Source: Spongospora subterranea f. sp. subterranea
Taxonomy: Eukaryota
Direction of reading: 5' to 3'
Assembly: GCA_049724395.1 (NCBI GenBank)
Contig: JAUGWO010000064.1
Location: forward strand, 1 to 64,000
Length of the DNA: 64,000 bases
Shown: piece after piece, positions 11,603 to 25,810 of the stretch
Layout: each line of letters starts with the position of its first letter
Numbering within the stretch: the first letter of the stretch is position 1
Program-made: the position numbers and the translations under genes
Notes under the pieces: generated by a model
Seen by the model: only the letters and a program-made list of their open reading frames with translations
Database searches by the model: none
What the model was told of the DNA's origin: nothing

Positions 11603-12368
11603 GATATCACTGCGTTTTTACTGATTAGACAATGCTTTAGTGAATAATTGAACCAGAGAGATTTTTTATGGCAATGTGCGGCGAACATGTCTGGTTTTCA
11701 AGATGAGCATCGAACCACACTTTGCGTCAATGAACCAATTCTGGGTCCGGGAGAGCATCAGGAATCTCAAAATGAACTTGCAAAACAATGGCCACAATGG
11801 AGAGTAATACAAAGTATTGCCAACTTGTGCTTTCAGCTTCTCAAAATGAGACTGGGCTGCGCAAGGATGCTCAAAGTCCCATTAATTTGAGATGATAAAC
11901 TTCAAATGTGCGAACAATCGCCATTCTTGTCTCTCTCAGTACTCTGTCGGCGGTGACGCCTGAGTACTTAAGTAACCACTCGTAGAGAAAAAGATAGGAA
12001 AATAAAATCGATTGTATTCAGAGCTGCATAATAAAGAGAGAGAGAAAAGAATAACGGTCGTACTGCTACTTTGAGTTCTCTTCGAAGTCCCTTTGACTCC
12101 GTTTAAAAAATCAACGAATTCGTTTACATGTTTCGCAAAAGAACGTTGAAACGTAGTTCAAACGAGTAATTCGTTTGAACTGTTAGTGGTTGTCACGAGA
12201 ATTGTGGTTGCCATGAGTTTAGCAGAGCCTTGTAATACCGTAAGTGGTTCAGCCAACGACAACGGTCACGAGTTCATACCCACATTGATAACGTCTTGAC
12301 ACCTATTCAAGGAACTGACGGCGTTCGTACCATTTCCATACTCTTTAGTAGTATTATTTGCAGAACGA

Positions 12369-12815
12369 TCAAGCATCGGCGCCTGCTCCGTGGTTAAAAT
12401 GGCAGCATGATGATCCAGTACCCGCGACATCTTCGCCATGGTCAGAGTGAGAGGACGATGACGCACCGTGATTGGCGTCTGTAGGCTGGCCACTATTCGT
12501 ACCGTCTTCCCCCTGATTAGATTGAGAGCACGATGACGCCCCGTCATTTTTAGAGTGGCAGCAACGCGTGACATCTTCCTTGGCGTCAGTAGAGAATGAT
12601 GATTCACTGTTCGTAGCAACTTCATCAGTTTTAGCATGACAACACCCCGATTTACACTCGCTCTCAAGGCCAAAAGATGAATCGTTTGATTTCGTCGGCG
12701 CAGTGAAGGCCCAAATCCCGACCGCCGTCGCGATCGCCACAGTTGCCACAACTGCAAAGACACCAGAGGCGATCATGGTCTTGCGAGAACAGGTCGTGGA
12801 TGATGAGGATAACAT
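12369..12815 (-). CDS. Orphan 148-aa single-pass membrane protein with a Ser/His/Cys-rich tail containing three CCH motifs
   Basis: Uninterrupted ORF from ATG 12815; hydrophobic segment IASGVFAVVATVAIATAVGIWAF; GCCH, RCCH and SCCH motifs. Confidence 0.55.
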   Translation of the reverse strand: MLSSSSTTCSRKTMIASGVFAVVATVAIATAVGIWAFTAPTKSNDSSFGLESECKSGCCHAKTDEVATNSESSFSTDAKEDVTRCCHSKNDGASSCSQSNQGEDGTNSGQPTDANHGASSSSHSDHGEDVAGTGSSCCHFNHGAGADA

Positions 12816-12963
12816 GGCCAACAAAGGTAATGTAATCACAGATTCTGGAGTTTAGCGCCACTTGAGCCAGCGAGGGTGCACCTCATGATTCGGGTTACCA
12901 CTTACAGGTTTACGTCACTTGAGACGGTCCGCTACACCGCAAATGTACACACCCCTACAGTAA

Positions 12964-14760
12964 CAGCGCGTTTGGGCCACTTAAAACCCGGGTTTTTGTC
13001 CGTGGAAAATCCGGGGTCGGTTATTTTCTCAAAATTGCTTGTTTGGTCGCCATTTTTTTGGGGTTTTGAAACCCCGGGTTTTCACTTCCATATCAACCTG
13101 CTACATTTTCAGTTTCAAAGGATGATCGCAGACTTGAACCGAAAACTTTGGTTTCTTCAGAATAACAAAAAGATAATTATTGCTCTATCCTGACTCACTT
13201 TCCGATCAAGCTTCCGCGTTCGAGTCACCCTCTTTCCGACACAACCTTCATCAGAGGAATACTTTGATTACATAAAATCATTTACGTTCTAGTAACCATA
13301 ATTGCCACCGCTCAGGGCCATCCAGCACAATGAGGAATTCACTAATCAGTCCTGTCAATTGGTCGCTGAGCCTGAGCAGTGGCAATTATGGTTACTAGAA
13401 CGTAATGATTTTATGTAATCAAAGTATTCCTCAGATGAAGGTTGTGCCCGAAAGGGTGACTCGAACGCGGAAGCATGATCGGAAAGTGAGTCAGGATAGA
13501 GAAATAATTATCCTTTTGTTATTCTGAAGAAACCAAAGATTTCGGTTGAAGTCTGCGATCATCCTTCGAATCTGAAGATTTAGCATGCTTGGGTACTATG
13601 GAATCATAAAAGGGACGGATCCTGAGTTAGGGTCCCTAATCGCCAACTATTCTTTGGTCGCGATGTCTACAGTTCCATAAACTCGATAGAGGAAGGAGTC
13701 GGAGTAGCCGCGTGCTTTGAGACGATGATACAGCAGATGGAAGTGCTTGACGCGGTTCTTTTCTGTTGTATTATGTCGGCAGATGCGGATTGGTTCTCCT
13801 TTGATGAATCCTCGTAGCCGAAGACTACTACCGCATGGTCCAATTACACCTAATGGATGAACGAGTATACAGGAAGATCTGTCCAACTGATTCTGACGCT
13901 TTGCAGATTCTCAAACAGACCATACTCCGACAATATCAGGCCCTTCTTCATAATCTGATTCAGAAGCCCGAAGAGGTCATCGACCAATTCTTAAACGATC
14001 CAGATACAACGCTACCAGTATTCCACGTTCTGCCCAAACTACACAAACCAGGATGAACTGCTCGGCCCATCGTGGGTGCAACCAAATGGTTCACGACTAC
14101 GGCTAGCATCTTTCTGGACAGGTTCGAAACCCGGTTTTTCGAAAACCTATTCGGAGTAGGTTATTACGTGGGTTATTGCAAGCATCTTCTCCGAACCGCT
14201 CAATATCTTCCCATGCCAGGAGCCAAACAAGCTATTCGTGGTTCGCGGGCAGCCTTGGATTTGAACAGGAATGCATTATTAATCGGTTTGATGCTGGAAC
14301 AAGCAAGTTTTGGGAAACGAGCCGATTCAGGGTTAAAAAAAAGAGGCCTTGACGGCAGTTCTGTTTTCATTGAATGATCAATTGGATTTGAACTACACAC
14401 AAGATCAGCGAAAGAATCGGGTCAAATTGGTAATAGCGAAATAAATTGCAAGAGACATTGGCACAGTGATATTTGACCGGCGTTTGTTGTATCAGTTGAA
14501 GAAACAATACGTAACAATTTCATGGTTGAGCTTTGCAAAGATTCGTCTCGGATTACCAGATATGAATTCTTGAGCCCAAGCTGCTGCTCGCAGCGACGAC
14601 GTTCTGCAAGGGGTTTTGAGGCAGTGAGTTTCAGCATGCCAATCGCCAACGAGGGCGGCAATTTGCCGATTCCGATCATCAACTTTGAATTCGTCATCTT
14701 CCTCATTTGTTTGAAAGACATCAGCCCGCGCCAAACCCTGAAGCTACTGGCGGGTCATGT
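12964..14760 (-). mobile_element. PIF/Harbinger-like element remnant hosting a Penelope-like insertion
   Basis: TAA followed by CAGCGCGTTTGG (Tourist/PIF-like terminus) at 12961-12975. Subterminal aaacccgggtttt-type motifs lie on both sides of the insert. Transposase N-terminal-like KTPCRTSSLRAAAWAQEFISGNPRR at 14492-14734. Confidence 0.5.
13086..14120. mobile_element. Rearranged Penelope-like retroelement fragments with a fold-back 3' end
   Basis: Minus strand 13647-13820: RGFIKGEPIRICRHNT...RLKARGY (PLE RT thumb). Plus strand 13835-14120: FHVLPKLHKPG*TARPIVG...SIFLD (PLE RT N-terminal). Inverted repeat arms 13086-13316 and 13371-13603. Confidence 0.75.
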
Positions 14761-14949
14761 ACGAATCTCAATGTGTTCGATTGCAAAATATACTGAAGCC
14801 GTAAGAATCGAGCCAACCAAGGCTACACGACTTGATTTTGAGAATAAAACAACTGACCATCGAGGTAAGAAAATATCAACAAAAATTGTTGGATTCTGGG
14901 TTGGCATTGCCTATGAGAAATCACAACACCTGTTTTCTCCAAGGTAAAT

Positions 14950-17430
14950 TTAATTTTGTTGAGGCGGATGACGACAGGAGTCTGCAGTCTGTTGTTGTGT
15001 GGGCACCGCTCTGGTATCTCAAATGATACATCACTCAAACGCCAGCTATGTCGCTCTCAGCGTCGATTCCTACCTCGCAAACCGGGATACTTTTTTATCG
15101 TCACGTGAGTTTATCATAGAAAAATCGTTCCCAAACCGATGTTCCCTGGATACTGACAATATATCCAAATGATCTCACAGATGTCACTGCTCCTTTGCCC
15201 TTCCACGCCAGGTATTGTATGATGATCGAGTTAGGCATCTTGACTGGTTCTTGATTGGCGGTTGAATGACCTGAGGGCAATTTCAGGGCTCACATTCCAT
15301 CTCCAACAACCACCTTGTTGCTGAAACTCTCGTCACTCAAAGCATAGAGAGTGTAGTCTGAACGATGAAAGAATGGTGGAGACTACAGTTCAAAGGGCAT
15401 TCTTATGAAGTCAACCAGAACCGCCAGTTGACGGTCTGCAAGTCTATAAAACCAAAGATCGGATATTTCGTTGATCGACAGCGTCGAAACAAAATTCAGA
15501 TGTCAGAAGTTATCTGCTGTCACGTCTCAAACCAGTATTTTGAACGGTGGGCTGACACGAAGATAACGCTTGGTTCGAAAACACAATTCTGACCCCTGCA
15601 GAGAAATTGTGAATTTCGCTATACCCATCGAGCTAAAGCAGTAGGGTTTTTATGTATGGGCTAAGCACAATTCGTTCTTTCGATATTTGATGTGGAGAAC
15701 TCAAATACAGTTTTGGGCAGCTGCTCTGGGATATTTTGCATCAACATTCAGGATGCGATTTGTAGCTTTGCGAAGGTTTTACGAACAGGTAGTGACTGGA
15801 CCCTTCCAGCATCGACACCTACAAGGTTGTGATCGTCAGTACTGGTTGGAGTTTCAAGCCAAGCTTTTACCAGGGATTTGGCAAAGCGTGCCGGCCCATC
15901 AGGAGCATATATTTGGAGTCCGGCAGCGGCCAGCGCCGATCGTCGAGAAATATCCATCAGACAGTGACACAACTTCTTCACTGACTCAGAGATTTACAGA
16001 CACAGGACAGGGACACGAAAACAGGTCCAGTTCTCGCCCATCAGACCTTCCAACGAGAAATTGTATTGATATGACGTTCCAAATGGTCGTTATACTTGCT
16101 GTTTTACCGTTGCTGACATCGCCATCTCCGTATCAACGTAGACAAAGGCATCGCCCCATCTTGGAATCAAACTGACCAAACATGATGACTAGGATTACGG
16201 ATCCTGACTCAAAATTTGCAGTTCACCCCGTTCGTTGGAGGGACGGCCGAACAGCAGAACGCGCGCGCCAATAAATCAGTAGAACAGATTTTACTCTCGT
16301 TTCCGCAATACGATATCATTGGGATGCAAGAGGTCAGAAAATGTGATGGAAATCGGAGCGAGCTCACCTTGATCGAATAGGTGTTCATGGAAGCACCGAG
16401 GCAGATTCTCATCCAGGGTGGAGGAAGCAATTCTCCAAGAACGCTGTTTTATTCGGTCACTCTAAACGTGGTGAATAGGGCTAGCTGAGACATATCCACA
16501 TACTTTATACACTGTTCGCGATCAGCAGAAAGAACTGGGCAGCGGATTGTTGATCATCTCCAAATACCCCATTGCCAGATCCGATTTCCACGCGTATTTA
16601 GACAGTTCTGGTCGTTGCTTTCGGTTTCTGAGCTCGTGTGATCAGATATACCAAGGCATCCGGAACTGACAGTTTGGCGTCGAAAGGCTGCCTAGTTGTC
16701 GAGTTCCACGTCGTGAATGGGTCGGCGTCTGGCCTTTTAATCATGGGCTTAACCCACCTTCAAGCCGGTGGCTCCAACGACATCATGACCAGCCAGATCG
16801 AGGTCGGATATTCGTCTGCAGCAAAAATTCTTCTGATTTCTCGAAACAGGAAGGCGCCTCCACGATTCGTTCATTCATGCAGAATGCCGACCCAACCATG
16901 CAAGCGTATACCGCTGTCATCTACATGGGTATTCAATACATCCTCGCATCGCCATCCTCTTGCTAATGCGATGTAATTCAGGAGATATGAACATGGCAGA
17001 AGGTCAGGTCCATCAGCCCATTTCTTGTCGACCATGCTGCAACCTGTCGCGTCCTTGCAGATTCGGCGTCATATTCCACGATGGTGTCCGCATTAGGCTC
17101 CGAAGTTGTTGATATCTACCGCTATTTGAACCCGAACCAACCTGGGTATACGTTCCCAGCATCTCCTACTCCAACAACCCGATTAGATTACATATTCGCG
17201 ATTAAAACTGTCACCAGCAACGCGTAGGAACCGCTATTGCGATATTCTTCATTTGTCGGCTGAACTCTGAATCTTAAGTTCCATTCCACAGTTGTCGTTT
17301 CAATGACAGTACCACGTTGATCAGCGCCAGCGTTGACCCAATGGTCGTCAATCAGAATCTATCTGATCATCGTGGATCTGAGATGCGTTTCGGTCTGGGG
17401 TAATCGCCAGCAGCCGTCTGCAATTCCTTG
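14950..17430 (-). mobile_element. Possible highly decayed non-LTR retrotransposon (APE endonuclease + RT traces)
   Basis: Only scattered motif traces in the expected order: QTETH (~17390), AVDIN (~17115), GLMDLTF (~17010), DQGELAP (~16365). No long ORF. Confidence 0.3.
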
Positions 17431-18006
17431 AGCTTTTGTGATAGATCTATCCCTCCGAGCTGGCGGCGAATTACTCTCAAACACAAAGTGTGGAACGCCA
17501 ACGTCATCAGCGTTCTTCAATTTTCATTCGCCATTGCATATTGTGTTGTGTGTCGTATCACTACTGGCCGCCTCAACTCTACCTTGACCGACAAATTGTC
17601 ACAATTGTCAAAACGTCTTTTCATAAACATGATTGATCAGCCTGTTTATATGTCAAATCTGTTTAAGGTGTTGTGCGCTACGAACGTAGGAAAATGCAGC
17701 CATCTATTTCATTGCGCGTTGAAGGCGGCGGCTGCTGTCCTGGCCTTGGATCGATCAGTGATCATCTGGGCTTCGTTGTTCAAATATTGTACGACCATCG
17801 GCTCGATCCTGAAGGTTTCCAGTGTCAAATTGGGTCAGTCCAACTACGTTCTATTGGCCTGGGAATTCAAGCTAGCTGCACAAAACACTGATGTAGAAGC
17901 CGAATTGACGGAACGGAAACCATACCGTCAACCGACCCTCCTGATGTCCATCCAAGAGATGGTTGACTCTTGGAATCGACGCAAACCCATTGCCTTGGAA
18001 CCATAT

Positions 18007-18580
18007 TGGCGAATGCGTTGATGAAGATGTGACGAAGATACTGTCAAGATTTTGTCGAAGTGCATGTGGGATTGATTAGAGGATCACCAACAAGGAACAA
18101 CAAGACGCGGCAAAAGAAGCAGGACCTCGAGGACTTCAAGACAAAGGGGCCACTGTCATTTCTGGACGCGATCTGAACGAGCTCAAACAGATGGGCTCAG
18201 AAATGGATCCGGACGATGTTAAATACTCAATTTTTAGGCAAGCTACCGAACGAGTACACGCACGCCCTGTCCCTACATAAACAAGCAGGCAAACGAAGCA
18301 TATTCGCTCGACGAGGTCGAACAGTATTTGAACGACGAAGCTAAGACGCCTGGTTGTTTCTTAAGTGAGGTGCACGTACTTGTTCGGTAACTTGTCTAGG
18401 ATTGCGATTGGTTTTATTAGGATCGCGTCCGGAAACGACCCCATTGTCTCAAACTCCTCGACGCATGAAGCCTGCAGGTCCTGCTTGTCTTGTTGTCCTT
18501 GTTGGTGATTTTCAGGACAATCCCACATGGACTTCCACGAAGTCCCTCGTCTTCATGTCGTCATCAACGCATTTTGCCAT
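18007..18580. repeat. Gapped inverted repeat made of a Copia gag-like fragment
   Basis: Arms ~18007-18265 and ~18370-18580. The plus arm encodes LKQMGSEMDPDDVKYSIF/LGKLPNEY (LxxLPxxY gag motif). Confidence 0.7.
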
Positions 18581-18647
18581 TTCCCACACAAGACGTTCAA
18601 AGCATCGTCGTGGGAAACGGACGAACATCAAAGGAGACGCTCATCGC

Positions 18648-18805
18648 GTTTTACTGGGGATTGATTTGAGTTGACGTTGGTTTTACTGGGGATTGATTTG
18701 AGTTGACGTTGGTTTTACTGGGGATTGATTTGAGTTGACGTTGGTTTTACTGGGGATTGATTTAAGTTGACGTTGGTTTTACTGGGTGGTTGATTTGGGT
18801 TGACG
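18648..18805. repeat. 32-bp tandem repeat, ~5 copies, upstream of RPT4
   Basis: gttttactggggattgatttgagttgacgttg at 18648, 18680, 18712, 18744 and a degenerate copy at 18776. Confidence 0.95.
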
Positions 18806-18981
18806 GGTTGATGGTTCGCGCAACCCGCTGGAGGCCGCATGGACATTTCAGAGTGAACATTGAGGGCTGCAACAGCGTGATACAGTCAGAAGGTCGCTGG
18901 TACATAACAAGTGTTCCACTATTAGGTTTACTTACCAACAAGACCGTTCGCCACGAGGATTAGGGTTGGGATTCAGAGTGA

Positions 18982-20524
<1,543 letters not shown>

Positions 20525-20949
20525 TTGGCAACGATACCCATGTTCATGTCTAGAAATGAAATCCACATCCGTTTTTCACTTGTTAGCTCAGAGTCCTTTA
20601 CTACCAACACGACGACCTATGAATGAAGTGTCATCAATGATGGAAGCAGTGACAGTTCATCGCCTATGCGCATACTGTCTCTAAACTCCATCCCTACCTT
20701 CTGCTTAAGTGAACCATTGTCTTAGCACATTCGCTGGTTATTTTCCGCGTTATGAAAATTTGCTTTCAAAACATTTGAATCGGGATTTTTTGCAATCCAA
20801 AACTATTTGTGTGCTTGCTATCAAATGATTATAGCACTCTGGTTGGCTCGTTCGATTTCTTGTCACAGGTTCATCCTGGATATGATCATGTCGATATGTG
20901 CATTTGGCGAATAATTCACCAAACCTCTAGACAACAGAGACATTATTCA

Positions 20950-23300
20950 ATTGTTTCTGGGTTTCGTCGGAACCGGGAAGGCGATCCGCGCTGAAATTGG
21001 CACCATACGCTTGGTGTAGTTTGACCTTCTGATATAAACCCACGAAGAGCCCCTGTGTTGTGTAGTTCCCTCATACACGGGTGTATTGAACGCCAAGAAT
21101 GGGGAAATGCGGTTGGTGGTCAGAGCAAGGTCTGGCTCCTCAATATCCATTAGTCGATCTGCAGTGTATTGGGCGTTCTGTACCCGCTGCATGCTCTCCG
21201 TCGTGTCACCATCTGAACCGGATCGTTTCGATAATTTGTCCAGAATTTTGGCGCTGATTTCCACCCAGTTGCGGTTCGTGGTCTGTCAGTTTTCAGACAG
21301 AGCATCAATCACTACTTTCATCTGAAAAAACTGACATCATCAACTCACAATGAATGCAGAAATTACAACAATTACGACCTCCTCATCGACATTCTTGACG
21401 AGCACGCCAATTTCATGATCTAGTTTAGGCTGGCAGCAGCGAGCCCCATGTTGATCGCTGATCTTGACGGTACCGTCGTCTCCTAGCCAGCAAATCACTT
21501 GTTCTTGCCTGTGAGTTGCGGGTCGACGTTTTTGTGCCACTTAATAAGCCTTGGAGTTCGCTGGATAGAATGACATCCAAATATTGAGTTTCTACAAATA
21601 CCAGTAGGTCTCGTCAAATACCGCCGTCTTCGTGATCGAACCATTCGCCAATGTTGACCGTTTCGAGTAAATTTATTCGTACTTCCACGCCAATAACTGA
21701 CTTTTCATGCGCTCTCCCTTCTTACGTCGCACCAACAGCTGTTCGTTTATTGAAGTTCCCTGAAGAAACTGATAGGGCGAATCTGTGCACATCCAGTTGT
21801 TACATCATTGGCGGCAATCGAGGCTGAATTTCGCTGTTCCTTGCAAGAGCAGAAAGGCATGCAGCATATTTTCAGGAGTGATCGGCGAGATTCCTTTGAC
21901 ATTCAGGGCTGCCGTGAATCAATTCTATCCGCACTGTGCCCAAAAGGACCACCATTGTCGATTTACGATCCTGGATATGTCGCATAGCAATACTGCTCGA
22001 ACATGGGCGGTATGGGAGCGCCACATCATTTGTACCCCCGATATGATTCTCCTGATGCATGAACACGAAATGGGTGATGCCGCCAGAATTCTTACTGAAT
22101 TTTCGCATTGTATGCCGTTCCAATCTTTGGAGATCTTGACCAGCGTTTGCTAAATTACATCATCGAAAACAATTACGCAGCACCGGCTTATCGTCGCCAT
22201 CGACAGGGTACGTGCCAGCGAAATCGAGGTCTCTAAAACAACCGATTTAGGAGTCGATTCCGCCCGGCATACATTTGATTCCACTATGGCTCGATTGGTT
22301 CGTTTGCCACAGAGCGTCCAAAAATACTGCTTTTACACCTGCTGGAAGCACATTCTCGGAACCAACATCAGACCGTTGACTAGCACGCATGCATCTTACT
22401 TGCATTTATTGCTTCGGTTTAACACGCAGGGATTCCACAACATCTTGCGGGACCGCCCATCAATGCAATCGTGAATTCAAACCCGAACTGCCGCAGCTGA
22501 TCATTTTGGTCGAAATGCCAGATCCCATTTGGCCATTGGCGTCAATTGGACACACCGACGAAGCTCAATCATTTTCTGCAGAGCGGAGACGACGTCGCCC
22601 TTTCGTAGGCGGCGACTTATCGACCAACGTCCCAACGCCTCATTGTCGTAATGTGAATGCAGAAGAACCATTGATCGAAATATGCTGCCGAATAGAAACG
22701 CCAATCCAACATTTTGACGATTTAGCATTACCCAATGACGCGGCGGATCCAGCAAACATCACCTTCTCCAGAACATAGCCAGGCGTTCGAATTGGACCAG
22801 GTCAAACAATTCAAAGCGGCGAGAGTCTATTAACTATCACCAATCGGACCTGGCTATTGTGGATGAATACTCAATTCTCCAGAGCACATTGTGCAATAGA
22901 CAGATCCGATTGATGATAGTGAGTTGCCTCTCGCGGCTTTGTTGCGTTGTACCTGGTCCTGAGTCGGGCTTGTTCGCTAAAATAGCCTCCCAAGCCATTA
23001 GATTCGAACGCCAATGTAAGCTGGCTTCTCCAGTGGACGACATCACTGTTCCCTTGAAGCTGTGGGAGCTTTCCCAACAACTTTCTGACTGATCAGCTTT
23101 TGCAGACTTGCTCCCGCCGTCCTTACCAAGTCGACCAATAATGGCAAGTGTTCGTTCTCTGAGCTTCCGGCGACTTTGGCAACACCTAATAACTCATCCC
23201 TAAGCATAGCGATGCAAGAAATCGATAACGAGGACGCACTGACGGAGCATTCAGATTCTACCATTGAATACTTCCAAAGCCAGTTTATTTGCACCAACGC
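20950..23300 (-). mobile_element. Possible decayed LTR-retrotransposon remnant
   Basis: gag-like LPQLQGNSDVVHWRSQLTLAFESNGL (~23000-23080); RNase H-like RPISFF (~21760-21780); integrase-like ISPFLAF (~21090-21110). Heavily disrupted. Confidence 0.35.
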
Positions 23301-23319
23301 TCGCCGTGTTTATAAGGAG

Positions 23320-24493
23320 CTGCACTTAGAAGGTGACAATGTCAATGCAGCGGGGACCGATACGGTTTCCGACGCGAAGAGGCTTGCGCGGAGGCGTTCC
23401 GTGCATCATCCGGCTGGTGTCCTGACTTCAAAAACAGAAACAATTTTGTAAGCCGACGTCAAACATCCAGCCGCCAGCTTCCTGCCGATGCATCTGCGAT
23501 CTGTATTGGGTTTATCCAGCAAGCTCAGTCTTTGATCGATCTGCATAAGGTCAAAGCCGAAAAACGTTTTTGACATGGACCAAGTCCCAAGAAAATTTGA
23601 GACCGAGCCGTCATTGACGATAACCACCAAAGGAAGCCGTAATGGGTGGGACATCTCACAAGCGTTTTACTATTTCTTTCATCGTCGGCGCTGCTGGTGA
23701 AATGCTCAAGCCACACGTTCTGTTCAGCACCTGTGCCCCCGGTTTTCTTGTCGACGTCAACAAAACGGGTATGTGAAACGACCAAATCTTCATTGCCAAC
23801 ACGCTGTTCAGGCGCCGACAGACCGTATTCTCGCGAGAACCAGTCCTGTTCATAATCGACTCCTATGGCGTTCATGTTAAGGACTTCAATCAAAAACTTC
23901 TGGCCAAGCATAACATTTTCATTGTCGTTGTCCCACCTAACATGACTAATATCCTTCAGCCGCTGGATGTCGCCACCATTAATCGCAGCTTCCAGGCGTA
24001 TTATGTCTCCCGCTACGATAAATACATCGAGAAAGGTGTATGGGACGTGATAATGCAGACCAAAGCAGGAAATCCGAAGTGCCCCGATTACTTGACCACA
24101 ACGACGTGGTGCCAAAAATGGATGGACGCCTTCCCATCCAGCAATATCGCCAACGCGTTTGCTGTCTGTGGCTTGGACCCGAAGAGTCTGTTCAACATTG
24201 ATGATTTACATCCTCCTCGACTCGACTCTTTCAAAGGATATGCTCGAACTGATTCAAGAGGAAATACCCGAACGTGTCCCACATGCGCCAACTTTTTTCC
24301 TGGCCGACGATGGCCCCGTTCCCTTATCGTCTGTATTCTGTTCCTGCATCTTGGGCATGTGCCTGAAGACGACAAAGTGGAGGATTACTTCGATAAGCTT
24401 GTTGCTTTGATGGCCGATCTTGACGAAATGAGTAAAATGTTCAGCGCGGAGGACGCAAAAGGCTTCGTGACGGCTCGCTCGTTCTCGACTTGA
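23320..24493 (+). mobile_element. pogo/Tigger-type DDE_1 transposase remnant
   Basis: DMDQVP, FIIDSYGVH, PNMTNILQPLDVATINRSF, TKAGNPK, IANAFAVCGL; frameshifted. Confidence 0.78.
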
Positions 24494-24989
24494 ACGAAGT
24501 CTACGGTAATCGCCCTCATGCAGCGCTGGGATATCACCATATCAGTAATCAACCAGCATTGCAAGATTTTGTCGGCGAGATGTTCTCAGATGTCGGATCA
24601 GCCAGGGCGCATCGTCCACATACAGAAAAATGGGCGATTACTTTACTTGTAATATAGACGATTTGTCGATAGCGACATTGTGGTCTGATTGACACTATTC
24701 ACTGACGCGGCTCTCAAAACTAGATCATAATACACATCCAAAACTGCCATGTTTCTGTTTGTTGCCGTGTGACAGAGCTTCGATGATTGTTGTCGCTCAG
24801 ACGTCATTGTCGCTGTGAACACATACCGGACTACAATACCGTATTCCTCAGAGTTCTCCCTCGATTTAGTGACAACTAGTTACCCTAGACCTCCTGTCAC
24901 TAAATCAAGAATCTCGTTTAAAGAAAAAGCGCCGGGCACAAGGTGCCGTATTCCCAAGTCTTAAATCCAAAGCTCCTCGAATAGGTTGA

Positions 24990-25472
24990 AAATTCAAGGT
25001 TTACTCGTAGTCGAGCGTCGACTACCGGGAAAATCGCACAGATCGATAGCAGCAGACGTTCACTGCAACTGCCGCAGATACGTCTTTGGCGGCGCCAGGG
25101 TGGAGCTTTGGCAGAAAGATCAAGCTTAGCCAAATCCAAGTGTAAAAATCGCAAGTCGGTGCTTCGCGATGTTGAGAAGGAGCTGCTTTTTTGGATATCT
25201 GAAAACGAGAATGTGGCATAGCCATCAAGCTGTTAGACGATTTCTTAAGGCGTCGGACCAACTCAGCATTCGTATTGCCAAGTATGAAGGCAATGCTCAC
25301 TCAATCAAGTTTTTTTTGGCGAAGCATTGGCATTTTTAGTTCGATTCCACCACGCTTGATGCCACTGGGCCGTTCTCGCCGGTACATTCTCAATCTGGAT
25401 CAGACTCGAATGTTCTTCTCCATGACGCCAGAGACGACGATTACTTTGGTTTTTGACTGTAGAAAATTATAG
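24990..25472 (+). mobile_element. Second pogo-like transposase fragment
   Basis: ILNLDQTRMFFSMTPETTI (N-x-D-Q-T first catalytic motif); truncated. Confidence 0.5.
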
Positions 25473-25810
25473 CAATGGGATTTTTTTTTAGGTGGATGGG
25501 CGGTTGCCAATTACAAATGAACATTGATAATCCACTGGAATGATCGTACGGGTTTTCATTTCAAGCTGTGTTGGCACAAAATCAAACGATGAAATAAACT
25601 CACTATTTTTTGCCATAGATTCAACTTGACAGGAGTTTTATTACAATTTGGGGAACATCGCATCCCAAATATGTAGTAAACGAAACAATAAAACAAGAGA
25701 TACATAAAATACAATGATTGGGATTATTTCATAAAAACAGATGTGTTTAGGGGTCAGATTCTTGTACTTGAGTAATTTCAACTTAGCTTTACGTCTTTCA
25801 TTAATTTTGA

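Noticed and set aside
12156..12190. 11-bp hairpin as a Helitron 3' end
   Set aside because: AT-rich stem, no proper CTRR at the expected distance, no Rep/helicase.
23525..24115. 196-aa minus-strand ORF
   Set aside because: Antisense shadow of the plus-strand pogo transposase remnant.
24863..24906. 12-bp inverted repeat as a terminator or ncRNA
   Set aside because: Eukaryotic context with no supporting features; likely TE debris.
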